Part shown: positions 1 to 8,187 of the stretch, piece by piece
How positions within the stretch are numbered: the first letter of the stretch is position 1
How the letters are laid out: each line of letters opens with the position of its first letter
Virus genome (UHGV): UHGV-0136957
Origin: a virus
Strand: one strand, 5' to 3'
DNA: 36,992 nucleotides
Notes under the pieces: model-generated
Told to the model about the DNA's origin: nothing
Seen by the model: the letters and a program-made list of their open reading frames with translations, nothing else
Databases searched by the model: none
Translations under genes and position numbers: made by a program

Positions 1-116
1 TTTTACCATTATCGTTCGGGGTATTTTTACCATTATCGTTCGGGGTATTTTTACCCTTATCGTTCGGGGTATTTTTACCCTTATCGTTCGGGGTATTTTT
101 ACCCTTATCGCAAGCC
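1..116. repeat. 24-bp direct tandem array (about 4.7 units of tatttttacc[a/c]ttatcgttcgggg); the same array closes the window end; candidate iterons lying inside the rep coding region
   Basis: Read directly: units at 1-21 (partial), 22-45, 46-69, 70-93, 94-116 (degenerate). Two unit variants (ccatt / ccctt). Confidence 0.9.
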
Positions 117-469
117 TTATCAAATACCGATTTTTCCACTATTTCGCCTAGTCGCTCATAGTCGATTTTATAGTATTTTTTGTTGTCAAGCCCAACGCCT
201 TTTACCCCATCGTCTAGGATTTTTTCAGCTTTAAGCTCGCGCATAAACTTCTTAACAACCTTATCGCAAAAGCCCGTTTTTTCTTGTAGGGTTTCAAGTG
301 TAGCAAAAAAGCGTTCATTGCCCTGCTTGCGTGAAAAATCGTCTATATCAGCCAAAATGCTAATAAAAACTGCTTTTGAAACGCCAAAAGCCTTAATGCT
401 ATCTTTGCCAACGATGAGAAAGCCCGCGCCTGATTGTGATTTTCCATATTTTGTAAGTAAATTTGACAT
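1..469 (-). CDS. Replication-initiator-like protein, 5' part: N-terminal winged-helix/HTH-like domain followed by octapeptide repeats (KNTPND[K/N]G) encoded by the 24-bp array; runs off the window start
   Basis: AGGAGG at 475-480, 5-nt spacer, ATG at 467-469. My translation reads MSNLLTKYGKSQSGAGFLIVGKDSIKAFGVSKAVFISILADIDDFSRKQGNERFFATLETLQEKTGF..., and stays open to position 1. It is missing from the ORF track because it has no stop within the window. Function is inferred from domain architecture and the adjacent DnaC-like gene. Confidence 0.55.
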   Translation of the reverse strand, partial: MSNLLTKYGKSQSGAGFLIVGKDSIKAFGVSKAVFISILADIDDFSRKQGNERFFATLETLQEKTGFCDKVVKKFMRELKAEKILDDGVKGVGLDNKKYYKIDYERLGEIVEKSVFDKACDKGKNTPNDKGKNTPNDKGKNTPNDNGKNTPNDNGK

Positions 470-473
470 TTAT

Positions 474-666
474 ACCTCCTAGTCAAAGAAAAATACTTAA
501 AAAGGGGCTTGTAGCGACTGACTAGGAGGCTTTGAAAGCCCCTATTTAAGCATTTTTACACAAACGGAGACTCTTATGAACTCTTGCAGGAGGTGAGCCC
601 CCGTTTGTGTAAAAGTAAAAACTCTTTTTCAAAGCACTAAAACCCCCAACCGCAAGGGTTGGGGTA
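474..666 (-). promoter_or_regulatory. Structured rep leader with three elements: a GC hairpin (644-664); a terminator-like hairpin (503-543, followed by a U-tract) whose loop carries an anti-SD; and an 11-nt perfect complement between anti-SD (519-529) and SD (475-485)
   Basis: Read directly; see the finding on the rep leader. Confidence 0.45.
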
Positions 667-701
667 AAAGGTTAATCAATGAAAAAGGTAAAAACGAACG
701 A

Positions 702-712
702 ATTATAACATA
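702..712 (-). promoter_or_regulatory. Extended -10 promoter (TGtTATAAT) directed toward the rep leader
   Basis: Minus-sense ttatgTTATAATtcgttcg. Confidence 0.45.
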
Positions 713-756
713 AAAACCTTAAAATTTTTCTTAAAGTATGAATTTTTTTTAAATAC

Positions 757-785
757 CATCATAAAAGGGGCGCAAAGCCCCTATT
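757..785 (-). terminator. Intrinsic terminator ending the late operon (stem aggggc/gcccct, loop, then a U-tract)
   Basis: Minus-sense aggggctttgcgcccct followed by tttatgatgg; begins 4 nt after the fibre stop. Confidence 0.55.
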
Positions 786-1769
786 TTACTCTATTTTTTT
801 AAAGTAGATTTTAATGTAAGCCTTTGTATCTGCTTGAAAATCAAAGGGTGTAATCGTGTAAGTGTTATTTTTTAGAGTTTCGTTTGTGCTAAAAGCCATT
901 GTAAATTCCCAACTTGTAGAGCTTTCGCCCGTTTTTTTCGAGCCTGTGTAGGTTACGCTGGGCTTTTCGGTTGTGGGTAAGGCTAAAAACTGCGTATCCT
1001 CAATAGCTAACATATCAAGCGCGTTTGAGCTTTGGTAAATTTCGCCATTTTCACACTTAATTTCAAACACAAACTTATTTTTTACCCCGTCCGCCACTTG
1101 TATGTCCTCTGTGGGTAGGGACACGCTTAAAGAACCGCTAGCCCCGCTTGGTATTGTAAGCCTTTCTACATATTCAAGGCGTGGCGTGTTTTGAAGTATA
1201 AAATTCCGCACCCATTCAGCATTTACAAGTTCCTTGCCGCTCGCGCTAGGCAAAGGCGTGGGAATAAGCATTGTCCCGCTGTCCGTTTGCAAAATAGGCA
1301 TTTCGTTTAAATCCTTATCCCCTATAAGCACGCTTTGGGCTGTGATTGTCCCACCCAAAATTTCGCCCTTGTTAATCGTGGCGTTTTCAGCGTTTAGGTT
1401 AGTAATGCTTAAATCTGTAATTGTGGCTGTGTTTGCTGTGAGATTTTGGGCGCTTGCGGTTGTAATCTCGGCGGTTGTAATCTCGGCGGTTGTAATAATG
1501 GCGTTTTCGGCTTTAAAAAAAGCTGTATAAAGGTAGGTTTTAAAATCTAAAATTTTTTTTGAAATCATATAAAAAATTTGATTGAAAATTTGCCTTGTGA
1601 TATACAAACCGCCTTCTTTTTTGTCTATGTTATAGCGCGCGCCAAAGCCATCCGCCCAATTCACTTCCCCGTCTGTTTGCGAAGTTAAGTGTAAATTAAA
1701 TTTATCGCCGTTATTTGCAAAGGGTGATGAAAAAAGTTCATCAGGGGCTTGCGGTTCTTGTATAGCCAT
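786..1769 (-). CDS. Tail fibre protein (second, paralogous fibre) with a 15-bp tandem repeat (AEITT)x3
   Basis: Paralogous N-terminus and shared GKELVNAEWV motif; 15-bp repeat gcggttgtaatctcg at 1456-1500. Confidence 0.55.
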   Translation of the reverse strand: MAIQEPQAPDELFSSPFANNGDKFNLHLTSQTDGEVNWADGFGARYNIDKKEGGLYITRQIFNQIFYMISKKILDFKTYLYTAFFKAENAIITTAEITTAEITTASAQNLTANTATITDLSITNLNAENATINKGEILGGTITAQSVLIGDKDLNEMPILQTDSGTMLIPTPLPSASGKELVNAEWVRNFILQNTPRLEYVERLTIPSGASGSLSVSLPTEDIQVADGVKNKFVFEIKCENGEIYQSSNALDMLAIEDTQFLALPTTEKPSVTYTGSKKTGESSTSWEFTMAFSTNETLKNNTYTITPFDFQADTKAYIKIYFKKIE

Positions 1770-1823
1770 TTTTAGCTCCTTATTTTTGTAAAATTATAGC
1801 AAATTTTAGCATATTTTTTTGAT

Positions 1824-1865
1824 ATTCAACCACAATCCCCTACGAAAAAATACGCGGGTTGAAGT
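1824..1865. repeat. Inverted repeat L of the tail-fibre invertible segment (42 bp, with a 20-bp perfect core attcaaccacaatcccctac)
   Basis: Its reverse complement occurs at 2527-2568, with 2 mismatches outside the core. Confidence 0.85.
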
Positions 1866-2164
1866 GGATAAAGTTTAAAACATCCTATGATTTTTTTTGC
1901 GAAGACTTTTATTTGGGATGTGAGTGCAGCACTTTTGCTGATTTTGATTTAAATTTTAAAGAAATAGAATTGTCCGCAGGTGGTTCGTGGTTGTATAAAA
2001 ATAGTGGATATTTGGGGAATATGAGTGGCGAATGTTATGATGTGAGTGGTTTGTGTAAATGCTATGTGTCCTATAATTTTATTTTACAATATGATAAACA
2101 AAGCGAAAAATTGACAAGCAATATCAGTTCTACACAAACTTTAATTTTTTCAAATAAAAACTAA
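1866..2164 (+). CDS. Silent alternative tail-fibre C-terminal cassette (Cys-rich, about 100 aa), currently in inverted orientation
   Basis: Read on the plus strand in frame through IR-L it gives STTIPYEKIRGLKW-IKFKTSYDFFCEDFYLGCECSTF..., which matches the constant/variable junction of the expressed fibre. Track ORF 1859..2164 with a TTG pseudo-start. Stops abut at 2164/2165. Confidence 0.6.
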
Positions 2165-3193
2165 CTATTTATTAAAAAATACAACCGTAGGATTTACAAC
2201 ACACATTCCTACTGTATCACACTCACCAGAACAAACAGCACCTTCTATCTCAATTTCTAAGTGAATACCTTTTTCAGTTCTTTCGCTCATTATTAAATAT
2301 TTGCCAAAGAAGCAACCCCAGCAATCGCTACTCATAGAAACGCAATCCACCCTTATTGTTTCACCAGCTTTAAATTCTAAATTTGATCTATTATAATGTG
2401 TAGCCACAGGCAAAAAATCAACGGAACCATATGCTTGATAGCAACTAGATATACCCGCTAATTCGAATAGCCCTGTTTGACAGCTAGGCGAACCAGTATG
2501 AACACAATAGCTCTCAATAGCTAAATACTTCAACCCGCGTATTTTATTGTAGGGGATTGTGGTTGAATTTCCATTAAATGTATGAATATAAGGGCTAGGG
2601 GCTATCCCGTAATTAGCAATCACCCACTCCGCATTTACAAGCTCTTTGCCTGCCGCATCATTCGGGGGCGTATTGTTAAGCACGCTTTGGCTTGTTGTAG
2701 GGCTTAAAATGATATTAACGCTTTTGGCTTTGTCCGCTATGGTTAAAGTATCAATCCCGCTTATAACGCCCGCATTTTGCGTTAAATCCGTGATAATTGT
2801 TTTTTCACTCGGTTTTATAAGCTCTTTTGTAAAATCCACGATTTTAGCTTTTTTTGCGTTTAAATTTTGCATTGTAAGTTGTGGCGTTTCTAAAAAAGAA
2901 ATATCGTTATTTTTGATTTTAGCCTTATCAGCTTTCAAAAAACGAACTCTTAAATCTTTTTCAACTTGCAAAATTTTACCGCTCAAAGGCTGGACTATGC
3001 CCGCGAATGTCTGTCGTATCATATTTAAGCCGTTTTCTTTGACGGGTATGCGTGAAAATCGTTTTGTAAAGCCCCCAAGCCACGAAAGGCTTTCGTCTGA
3101 TTGCAAATCATTAGGCACTTTTTTAACTTCGCCACTTTTGGCAAATTCATCAGTAAAGATTTTTTCAGGCGGTGTTGGCTCTTTTAAAGGCAT
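2165..3193 (-). CDS. Tail fibre protein: a constant N-terminal ~214 aa plus an invertible-cassette-encoded, Cys-rich C-terminal ~128 aa
   Basis: N-terminus is a paralogue of ORF 786..1769 and shares the GKELVNAEWV motif with it. IR-R (2527-2568) lies inside the coding sequence. Confidence 0.6.
   Translation of the reverse strand: MPLKEPTPPEKIFTDEFAKSGEVKKVPNDLQSDESLSWLGGFTKRFSRIPVKENGLNMIRQTFAGIVQPLSGKILQVEKDLRVRFLKADKAKIKNNDISFLETPQLTMQNLNAKKAKIVDFTKELIKPSEKTIITDLTQNAGVISGIDTLTIADKAKSVNIILSPTTSQSVLNNTPPNDAAGKELVNAEWVIANYGIAPSPYIHTFNGNSTTIPYNKIRGLKYLAIESYCVHTGSPSCQTGLFELAGISSCYQAYGSVDFLPVATHYNRSNLEFKAGETIRVDCVSMSSDCWGCFFGKYLIMSERTEKGIHLEIEIEGAVCSGECDTVGMCVVNPTVVFFNK
2527..2568. repeat. Inverted repeat R of the tail-fibre invertible segment
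   Basis: Reverse complement of 1824-1865; it encodes NSTTIPYNKIRGLKY within fibre gene 2165..3193. Confidence 0.85.
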
Positions 3194-3658
3194 TTAAACT
3201 CCCATTTCTTTTTTAACGCGTTGAATTTCTGCATTCATCGCCTCGTTATACTTTGTAACGATTGAATTTAAGGCGTTTTGCCATTCGCTATTTTCGGCTT
3301 GTAAATTTTGCTCTTTCATAACTTTTTCGCGTTGTTTTTCAAAATAAGCCACACATTCGCTTTGATAGGCTTTTAAATTGAAGTTCTCATCTATACCATA
3401 GCCCAAAGCCTCAATTTTGTTTTTAGCGTCATAAACGGCGTTTATAAAGCACTGAAAGCCATTGATTAAAAGCTCCATTTTTTCGGCATCGACTTGGTCG
3501 GTGCTTAACCCTGCTTCTTGCGCCTTTTTTTTGCAGGGTTTGCAGGTTTGCATAATTTGCATAGCGTTTTGGGTATTTTTGTTAAATTCGTAAAAAATGT
3601 TGTAGAGCTCTCTGCGTTGGTATTCATCTTTTTTTGCTTTTTGAATTGAAAAAGACAT
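3194..3658 (-). CDS. Hypothetical protein upstream of the tail fibres
   Basis: Track ORF with a strong RBS. Confidence 0.45.
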   Translation of the reverse strand: MSFSIQKAKKDEYQRRELYNIFYEFNKNTQNAMQIMQTCKPCKKKAQEAGLSTDQVDAEKMELLINGFQCFINAVYDAKNKIEALGYGIDENFNLKAYQSECVAYFEKQREKVMKEQNLQAENSEWQNALNSIVTKYNEAMNAEIQRVKKEMGV

Positions 3659-3684
3659 AAAGCCTCCTTTAAAAATTTTGAAAA

Positions 3685-3695
3685 ATTATAACATA
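3685..3695 (-). promoter_or_regulatory. Late promoter, extended -10 (TGtTATAAT) plus an AGGAGG RBS for the fibre operon
   Basis: Minus-sense ttatgTTATAATttttcaaaatttttaaAGGAGGctttATG. Confidence 0.5.
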
Positions 3696-4183
3696 AAAAT
3701 TTTATAAATGAGAGTAAAAAAAAATATCATTTAAAATAAGAGCAAAACACTTTTATTTTAAATAAGATAAGTTTTATCATATTTTAAACGGACATTTTTT
3801 ATCTTGTTTAAAATAATACTAAATCAGTCCTTTTCAAATAATACTAAAATACTCTTAATTTAATTAAGACTAAATTTATCTTTTTAAAAATACTAATTTT
3901 GTATCATTAAGGTTCGTTTAAGTAAAATAAGAAAATGTTTGTTTTTGCAAATCTTTTAAGAGTATTATTCTAATTTTTAAAAAGTTGAAAAATCACACCT
4001 TGCAAATGCCTATATATCAAGGGGTTTTTCAAATTTAAATTATCCCTAGTGTCTTAATATATTTGTATATAAAAACTTTTTTTTAGATTTAAGGCGTGTT
4101 TCTGCGCTTTTATGAGTTTTTATCAAAAAGTAGTGAATTTTGATAAAAAGGGCTTGTAATTGATAACCCTTTATCAAAAATCC

Positions 4184-4897
4184 TTACTCGCCTTGCTGTT
4201 CGTCTGTGGCAAAAATCGCATTTGTGAAGTTTGTGCGGTTCTCCTCAAAGAATTTTACGCGCTCATTATAAGCGTTCTCATCCGTTGTTTTATCGCTCTC
4301 ATCTGGCGCAAAGCCGATTTTCTTTGCGGTTGTGTCGATTTCCTCTAACTTAACCCCCACGCCTGCGGGTCGGGGTAAAATATCCGTTTGAGCCAAAGTC
4401 CATTTAAGCCAAGTTGGTAATATACCCTGAAACTGATAAATTATATATTCCATATTTTGATTATCTAACACTTTAAGTTCTGCATACTCGCCCAAAATAT
4501 CATAAACAAATTTATTTACTTTTCGCAAACTGCCATTTTGAAACTGCTTTTGCTGAATAATCATTAGCATTTGCCTAAACTGCTTATCCGTAAGAGTATA
4601 ATAAAAAGGTTCATCATCCAACAATTCAATAAAAACATAGCGCGAAAAACCTAAAATCAGCCCCCATAAATCCAAACCCGTTCCGTTTGCCGTGCTGAGA
4701 TTGCAGTTATCTTTTAAGAGGCTTTCAAGCGGTTTTATAGTGTATTTGTATTTGATTTTAGCACACTCTAAAAACAACTTTTGTATATTCGTCCCCTTAT
4801 ATTGTGCCAAAAATCCGCGCTCAAATTCATCCATAGTTTTGGCATAAATGGCGTTCATTTGTTGTATTAAGAGCTCATTTAATTTATTTTCGTCCAT
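4184..4897 (-). CDS. Baseplate/tail protein gpI-like (Mu gp48-like)
   Basis: 237 aa; follows the baseplate J gene. Confidence 0.45.
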   Translation of the reverse strand: MDENKLNELLIQQMNAIYAKTMDEFERGFLAQYKGTNIQKLFLECAKIKYKYTIKPLESLLKDNCNLSTANGTGLDLWGLILGFSRYVFIELLDDEPFYYTLTDKQFRQMLMIIQQKQFQNGSLRKVNKFVYDILGEYAELKVLDNQNMEYIIYQFQGILPTWLKWTLAQTDILPRPAGVGVKLEEIDTTAKKIGFAPDESDKTTDENAYNERVKFFEENRTNFTNAIFATDEQQGE

Positions 4898-4901
4898 TTT
4901 C

Positions 4902-6155
4902 TCACACCACTATCAAAATTTGAATATCAGCGTCCGCGATTGAAGCCTCTTCGTCCAAATTTAGCTGAATAGAATTATAACCTAATTCAACGCCTTTAAG
5001 CCCGATTTTCACATCCACAACATTAACAAGACTAACGCCATCCCTTATTTTTTGCGCTATTTCGGGCTGACTTACAAACGCACCTAAATCTAAAACGCTC
5101 ACATATTCATTGACGATTTTTTTAATGTCGCTCGCGTATTCCGCGTTTATAATGCTACTCTGCTTTATCGAAACGCTTACCGCTAATTCTTTGATTTTTG
5201 GGCGATAAAATGAGTAAGTATATTTTTCATTGTTATAAGCTAAATTCACATTAACATTTCCGTTCATTCCGCAACCTGTGGGGCGAGTTTCTGCGATGGC
5301 GTTTGCTATATCGACATCCGTCCCGCCTTTAACAATAATACTTATTGAATTTTGTTTTAAAGTCAAATTTTTAATCACTTTTGTTGCGCTCGTATAATTT
5401 TCAGCGCCGCCAATTTTGGAAACGCCCTCAACCTGCGCGACATTCGCCATAATGCTTTTAAAAGTGCTTGAATTACCCACTGCGCCATAAGTCAAGCACC
5501 TTTGAAATAATACACTGTCTGTTTCGGTTAAAACGGGTAAAGTTGCCTTGGCTGGGTTATTGACCCTTTCAATACCCGCAACACTCACAGCTATTTGATT
5601 TATTGTATCGGCTGGGGCTTGAAAATCCTCCAATTTTTCAGCCTCAAAAGTCAAATTTATAAAACCGCTTTCAGGTATAATTGTTTCAAATGCATTTAAA
5701 TAGTAATGCGTGCCGTCCGTTACCTTAAAATTTAATGGAATTTGCGTTCCGCTAATACCCTCAACCTTAATGGTAACCTGCGATTTTACGCCACTTTTTC
5801 GCTGAATTCTAAAATTATTCCAAGCCCACAAATCCAAAAAAAAGCCACTCCCGCCAAAGAAAAACGCATTTATAAAGCTCTCGGCGTAGGCTATCGCGTT
5901 TAAATCGCTTTGAACTAGGCTAGTGATGAGCTGTCCTTGCGGTGTTGAAAAATCTAGGTTAATGTTGGGGAATAGATTTTCAAACACTTTTTCATAATCG
6001 GCTTTAATTGTATCCTTATAGCCAAACTCAATGCTTTGCGAATTTTTGTTATAAGTCCATAAATTTGTTTCATTTTCTAATGCTATGTCAATAGGAAACG
6101 CCATTTTAAACCTCCAAAGTGCCGTATTCGCTTTCAATTTGTAGCGAAATCTCAA
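4902..6155 (-). CDS. Baseplate J-like protein
   Basis: 417 aa; lies between the gp25-like and gpI-like genes. Confidence 0.5.
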   Translation of the reverse strand: MRFRYKLKANTALWRFKMAFPIDIALENETNLWTYNKNSQSIEFGYKDTIKADYEKVFENLFPNINLDFSTPQGQLITSLVQSDLNAIAYAESFINAFFFGGSGFFLDLWAWNNFRIQRKSGVKSQVTIKVEGISGTQIPLNFKVTDGTHYYLNAFETIIPESGFINLTFEAEKLEDFQAPADTINQIAVSVAGIERVNNPAKATLPVLTETDSVLFQRCLTYGAVGNSSTFKSIMANVAQVEGVSKIGGAENYTSATKVIKNLTLKQNSISIIVKGGTDVDIANAIAETRPTGCGMNGNVNVNLAYNNEKYTYSFYRPKIKELAVSVSIKQSSIINAEYASDIKKIVNEYVSVLDLGAFVSQPEIAQKIRDGVSLVNVVDVKIGLKGVELGYNSIQLNLDEEASIADADIQILIVV

Positions 6156-6447
6156 AAGTTCCTTTATTTACGACAAATTCTACATTTTTAACGCCTTGCA
6201 CGCGCACATCGCTCATAATCAAGTCGATAATCGCGCTTTGAATGTTTGCGTAATTGTTTTTGCTCGCCAAATCGTAATAATCAATGCCCTTACTACTATC
6301 AAAAACATACTCACCCTTAAAAACTTGTAAAAGATTTTTAATGTCCTGTGTAAGCGCGTCCGCGCCACTCACTAACTTAAAATCCGTGCCAAAAACTATG
6401 TTATTTTTCGTGTCTAGCATAAAACTTATACTCATTTTAACCCACAA
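6106..6447 (-). CDS. Baseplate wedge gpW/gp25-like protein
   Basis: 113 aa; GIDYYDLASKNNYANIQSAIIDLIMSDVRVQGV pattern, as in the GPW_gp25 family. Confidence 0.55.
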   Translation of the reverse strand: MWVKMSISFMLDTKNNIVFGTDFKLVSGADALTQDIKNLLQVFKGEYVFDSSKGIDYYDLASKNNYANIQSAIIDLIMSDVRVQGVKNVEFVVNKGTFEISLQIESEYGTLEV

Positions 6448-7276
6448 TCTGCTTAATAAGGCTTTGCGCCTTTTGTTTTGCTATGTCATAAGCAGGTAAC
6501 CAGCTTAAAGTCGCCTGCCCTGCAACCAACGCACTACTTTTAAGCGCATCCATTGCGCTAAAAATTTCAGTAAAGCAATCGTTTAGCGTTCCCGTGCTTG
6601 TTCCAGCTTTTAAAGGCTTTGCGCTTGTAATACTGACTGCACCCTTACTTTCAAGCATAAAATCGCCCTGCGTGTTAAGGGTATATTTTGCTTTCGCATT
6701 CGCTATTAAATCTTTTTCATAACTCAAATTCACCTGACCCTTTGCGTTGTAGGTCAAATCTTGCTCGTAACCAAAATTTGACTTACCTTTAACGCTAAAA
6801 GTTAAATTTTCGTCCTTATCAAATGTGAATTCACTGCCCTTATCTAAACTTTTTAAAGTGAAATTTGTATTTTCATTTTCTAGCGTTTTAAAAAGGCTTA
6901 AAGGTATAAAAATGCTATCCTGTAAGGCTTTAAAGCGGGTTGTGTTTGCCAAGCACGATTTTCCGTTGCTTTTGTATAAATCCAAGTCCTTGTTATTCAC
7001 AATGCAAAGCCCTATATCCCCGACTTTTAGCTTAAATTGAATTTGCCAAGCCTGCGAATAAGGGAATGCCACAAGTAGTTTATTTACAATGTTTAAAGGC
7101 TCATCATCAGCACTTTTAATCACCTGCTTAACGCTAACAAAGTTTTTTTCAATTTTAGTAATTTCGCCAAGCCAAGCCGTGTTTAAATTCTTTAAATTTT
7201 CAATGATAAGTTTTTGAATAATACTGCCTAAATCTAACTCATCGCTCGGCGTTACAATGCTTTTTATTTCAGCCAC
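6437..7276 (-). CDS. Baseplate spike / gpV-like protein
   Basis: GTG start with an AAGGG RBS; lies upstream of the gp25-like gene. Confidence 0.4.
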   Translation of the reverse strand: MAEIKSIVTPSDELDLGSIIQKLIIENLKNLNTAWLGEITKIEKNFVSVKQVIKSADDEPLNIVNKLLVAFPYSQAWQIQFKLKVGDIGLCIVNNKDLDLYKSNGKSCLANTTRFKALQDSIFIPLSLFKTLENENTNFTLKSLDKGSEFTFDKDENLTFSVKGKSNFGYEQDLTYNAKGQVNLSYEKDLIANAKAKYTLNTQGDFMLESKGAVSITSAKPLKAGTSTGTLNDCFTEIFSAMDALKSSALVAGQATLSWLPAYDIAKQKAQSLIKQIVG

Positions 7277-7299
7277 TTTAAACCCTTAAAATAAGATAA

Positions 7300-7310
7300 A
7301 TTATAACACA
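7300..7310 (-). promoter_or_regulatory. Late promoter, extended -10, within a conserved cassette
   Basis: Minus-sense tgtgTTATAATttatcttattttAAGGGtttaaaGTGGCTGAAA. Confidence 0.5.
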
Positions 7311-7314
7311 TTTT

Positions 7315-8187
7315 TTAAACTTTTTGCAAATTCATTTCAGTAACCCACTCGGCTGATTGATTGCCCCCGCGATGTTTACAATCAATCACCCTATAAACCG
7401 CGTTATATTGTGTAATTTTTTGACTTTTTAAGCGCACAAAGCCCCCAGCCCTTAATGCTGGGTTAAGAAGTGTTGTAACCTTAACTCCGCTTTGTATAAG
7501 CGTGGGTATGCCAACCATTCCGCCATCCTCATCAATTTGTATAATGTTATTTGCGGGCGTATCAATCGGCGTTACATTAAGCGTTTTTTCATCGTTTTCA
7601 ATCCACACATTTAAATCATTTTCAAACATTTGCCTAAAATTGCTTAAAAGTTGTAAGGGTGAGCCTAAAAAACTGAATGCGCTTTGTTTTAGCTCTTTTA
7701 TTTTGCTGTCCCATTGTAAAGTAAGCCCGTTCTCTTTCGCAACTTGCTCGGCGATTTGCTTGTTTGAGACATTATTTTCGAAAGCTATTTGAATTTTATT
7801 GTTTTGCAAATTATTTGAAACCAAACTTTGAACCTTTAAATTCACGCGCCTGTCCGCGCCGTTAAAGTTGCTATCCACCGCGATGATATTGCCCGCTAAA
7901 ATTATACCTAAATCGTTGTTATAACCCACTTCTAGCTGAACGCTGTTTTTTTTCATAACGGGATTATTTTTGTTTGGTAAAATTTGGGCTGAACTCGCTA
8001 AATAATACATATCATCATCGCTTAAATTGTAAATTGTAATGTTACCTTGACAAAAACTTTTAGAATGACACGAATTTATCGCCTCAAACTCGATTTTAAG
8101 CCCACGCGTATTTTCGTCCTCTTTAAAAATCTTTTTTGTGCTCTCAACTTCGATTAAAAGTTTATAACAACGCTTAATAAACGCCAC
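7315..8187 (-). CDS. Baseplate hub / gpD-like tail protein (Mu P-like)
   Basis: Size and position in the P2/Mu baseplate order. Confidence 0.4.
   Translation of the reverse strand: MAFIKRCYKLLIEVESTKKIFKEDENTRGLKIEFEAINSCHSKSFCQGNITIYNLSDDDMYYLASSAQILPNKNNPVMKKNSVQLEVGYNNDLGIILAGNIIAVDSNFNGADRRVNLKVQSLVSNNLQNNKIQIAFENNVSNKQIAEQVAKENGLTLQWDSKIKELKQSAFSFLGSPLQLLSNFRQMFENDLNVWIENDEKTLNVTPIDTPANNIIQIDEDGGMVGIPTLIQSGVKVTTLLNPALRAGGFVRLKSQKITQYNAVYRVIDCKHRGGNQSAEWVTEMNLQKV

Noticed and set aside
1-116. The 24-bp direct repeats as a CRISPR array
   Set aside because: The units are contiguous with no spacers, they are in-frame coding sequence of the rep gene, and no cas genes are present.
180-482. 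Plus-strand ORF (100 aa) at the window start
   Set aside because: It lies entirely antisense to the well-supported initiator-like gene (RBS plus ATG at 467-480), it has a low-complexity Ser/Leu-rich translation, and it has no RBS.
1859-2164. Interpreted the plus-strand ORF as an independent gene (for example a fibre chaperone)
   Set aside because: Its frame continues upstream through IR-L, reproducing the STTIPY.KIRGLK junction of the fibre gene, and its only start is a TTG with no RBS. It is better explained as a silent alternative C-terminal cassette.
6284-7040. Plus-strand ORFs 6284..6499, 6825..7040, 7502..7792, 9193..9765, 9838..10119 and other antisense ORFs throughout
   Set aside because: All lie antisense within larger minus-strand structural genes, show AT-rich codon bias artefacts (Phe/Leu/Ser/Lys-rich), and have no ribosome-binding sites.
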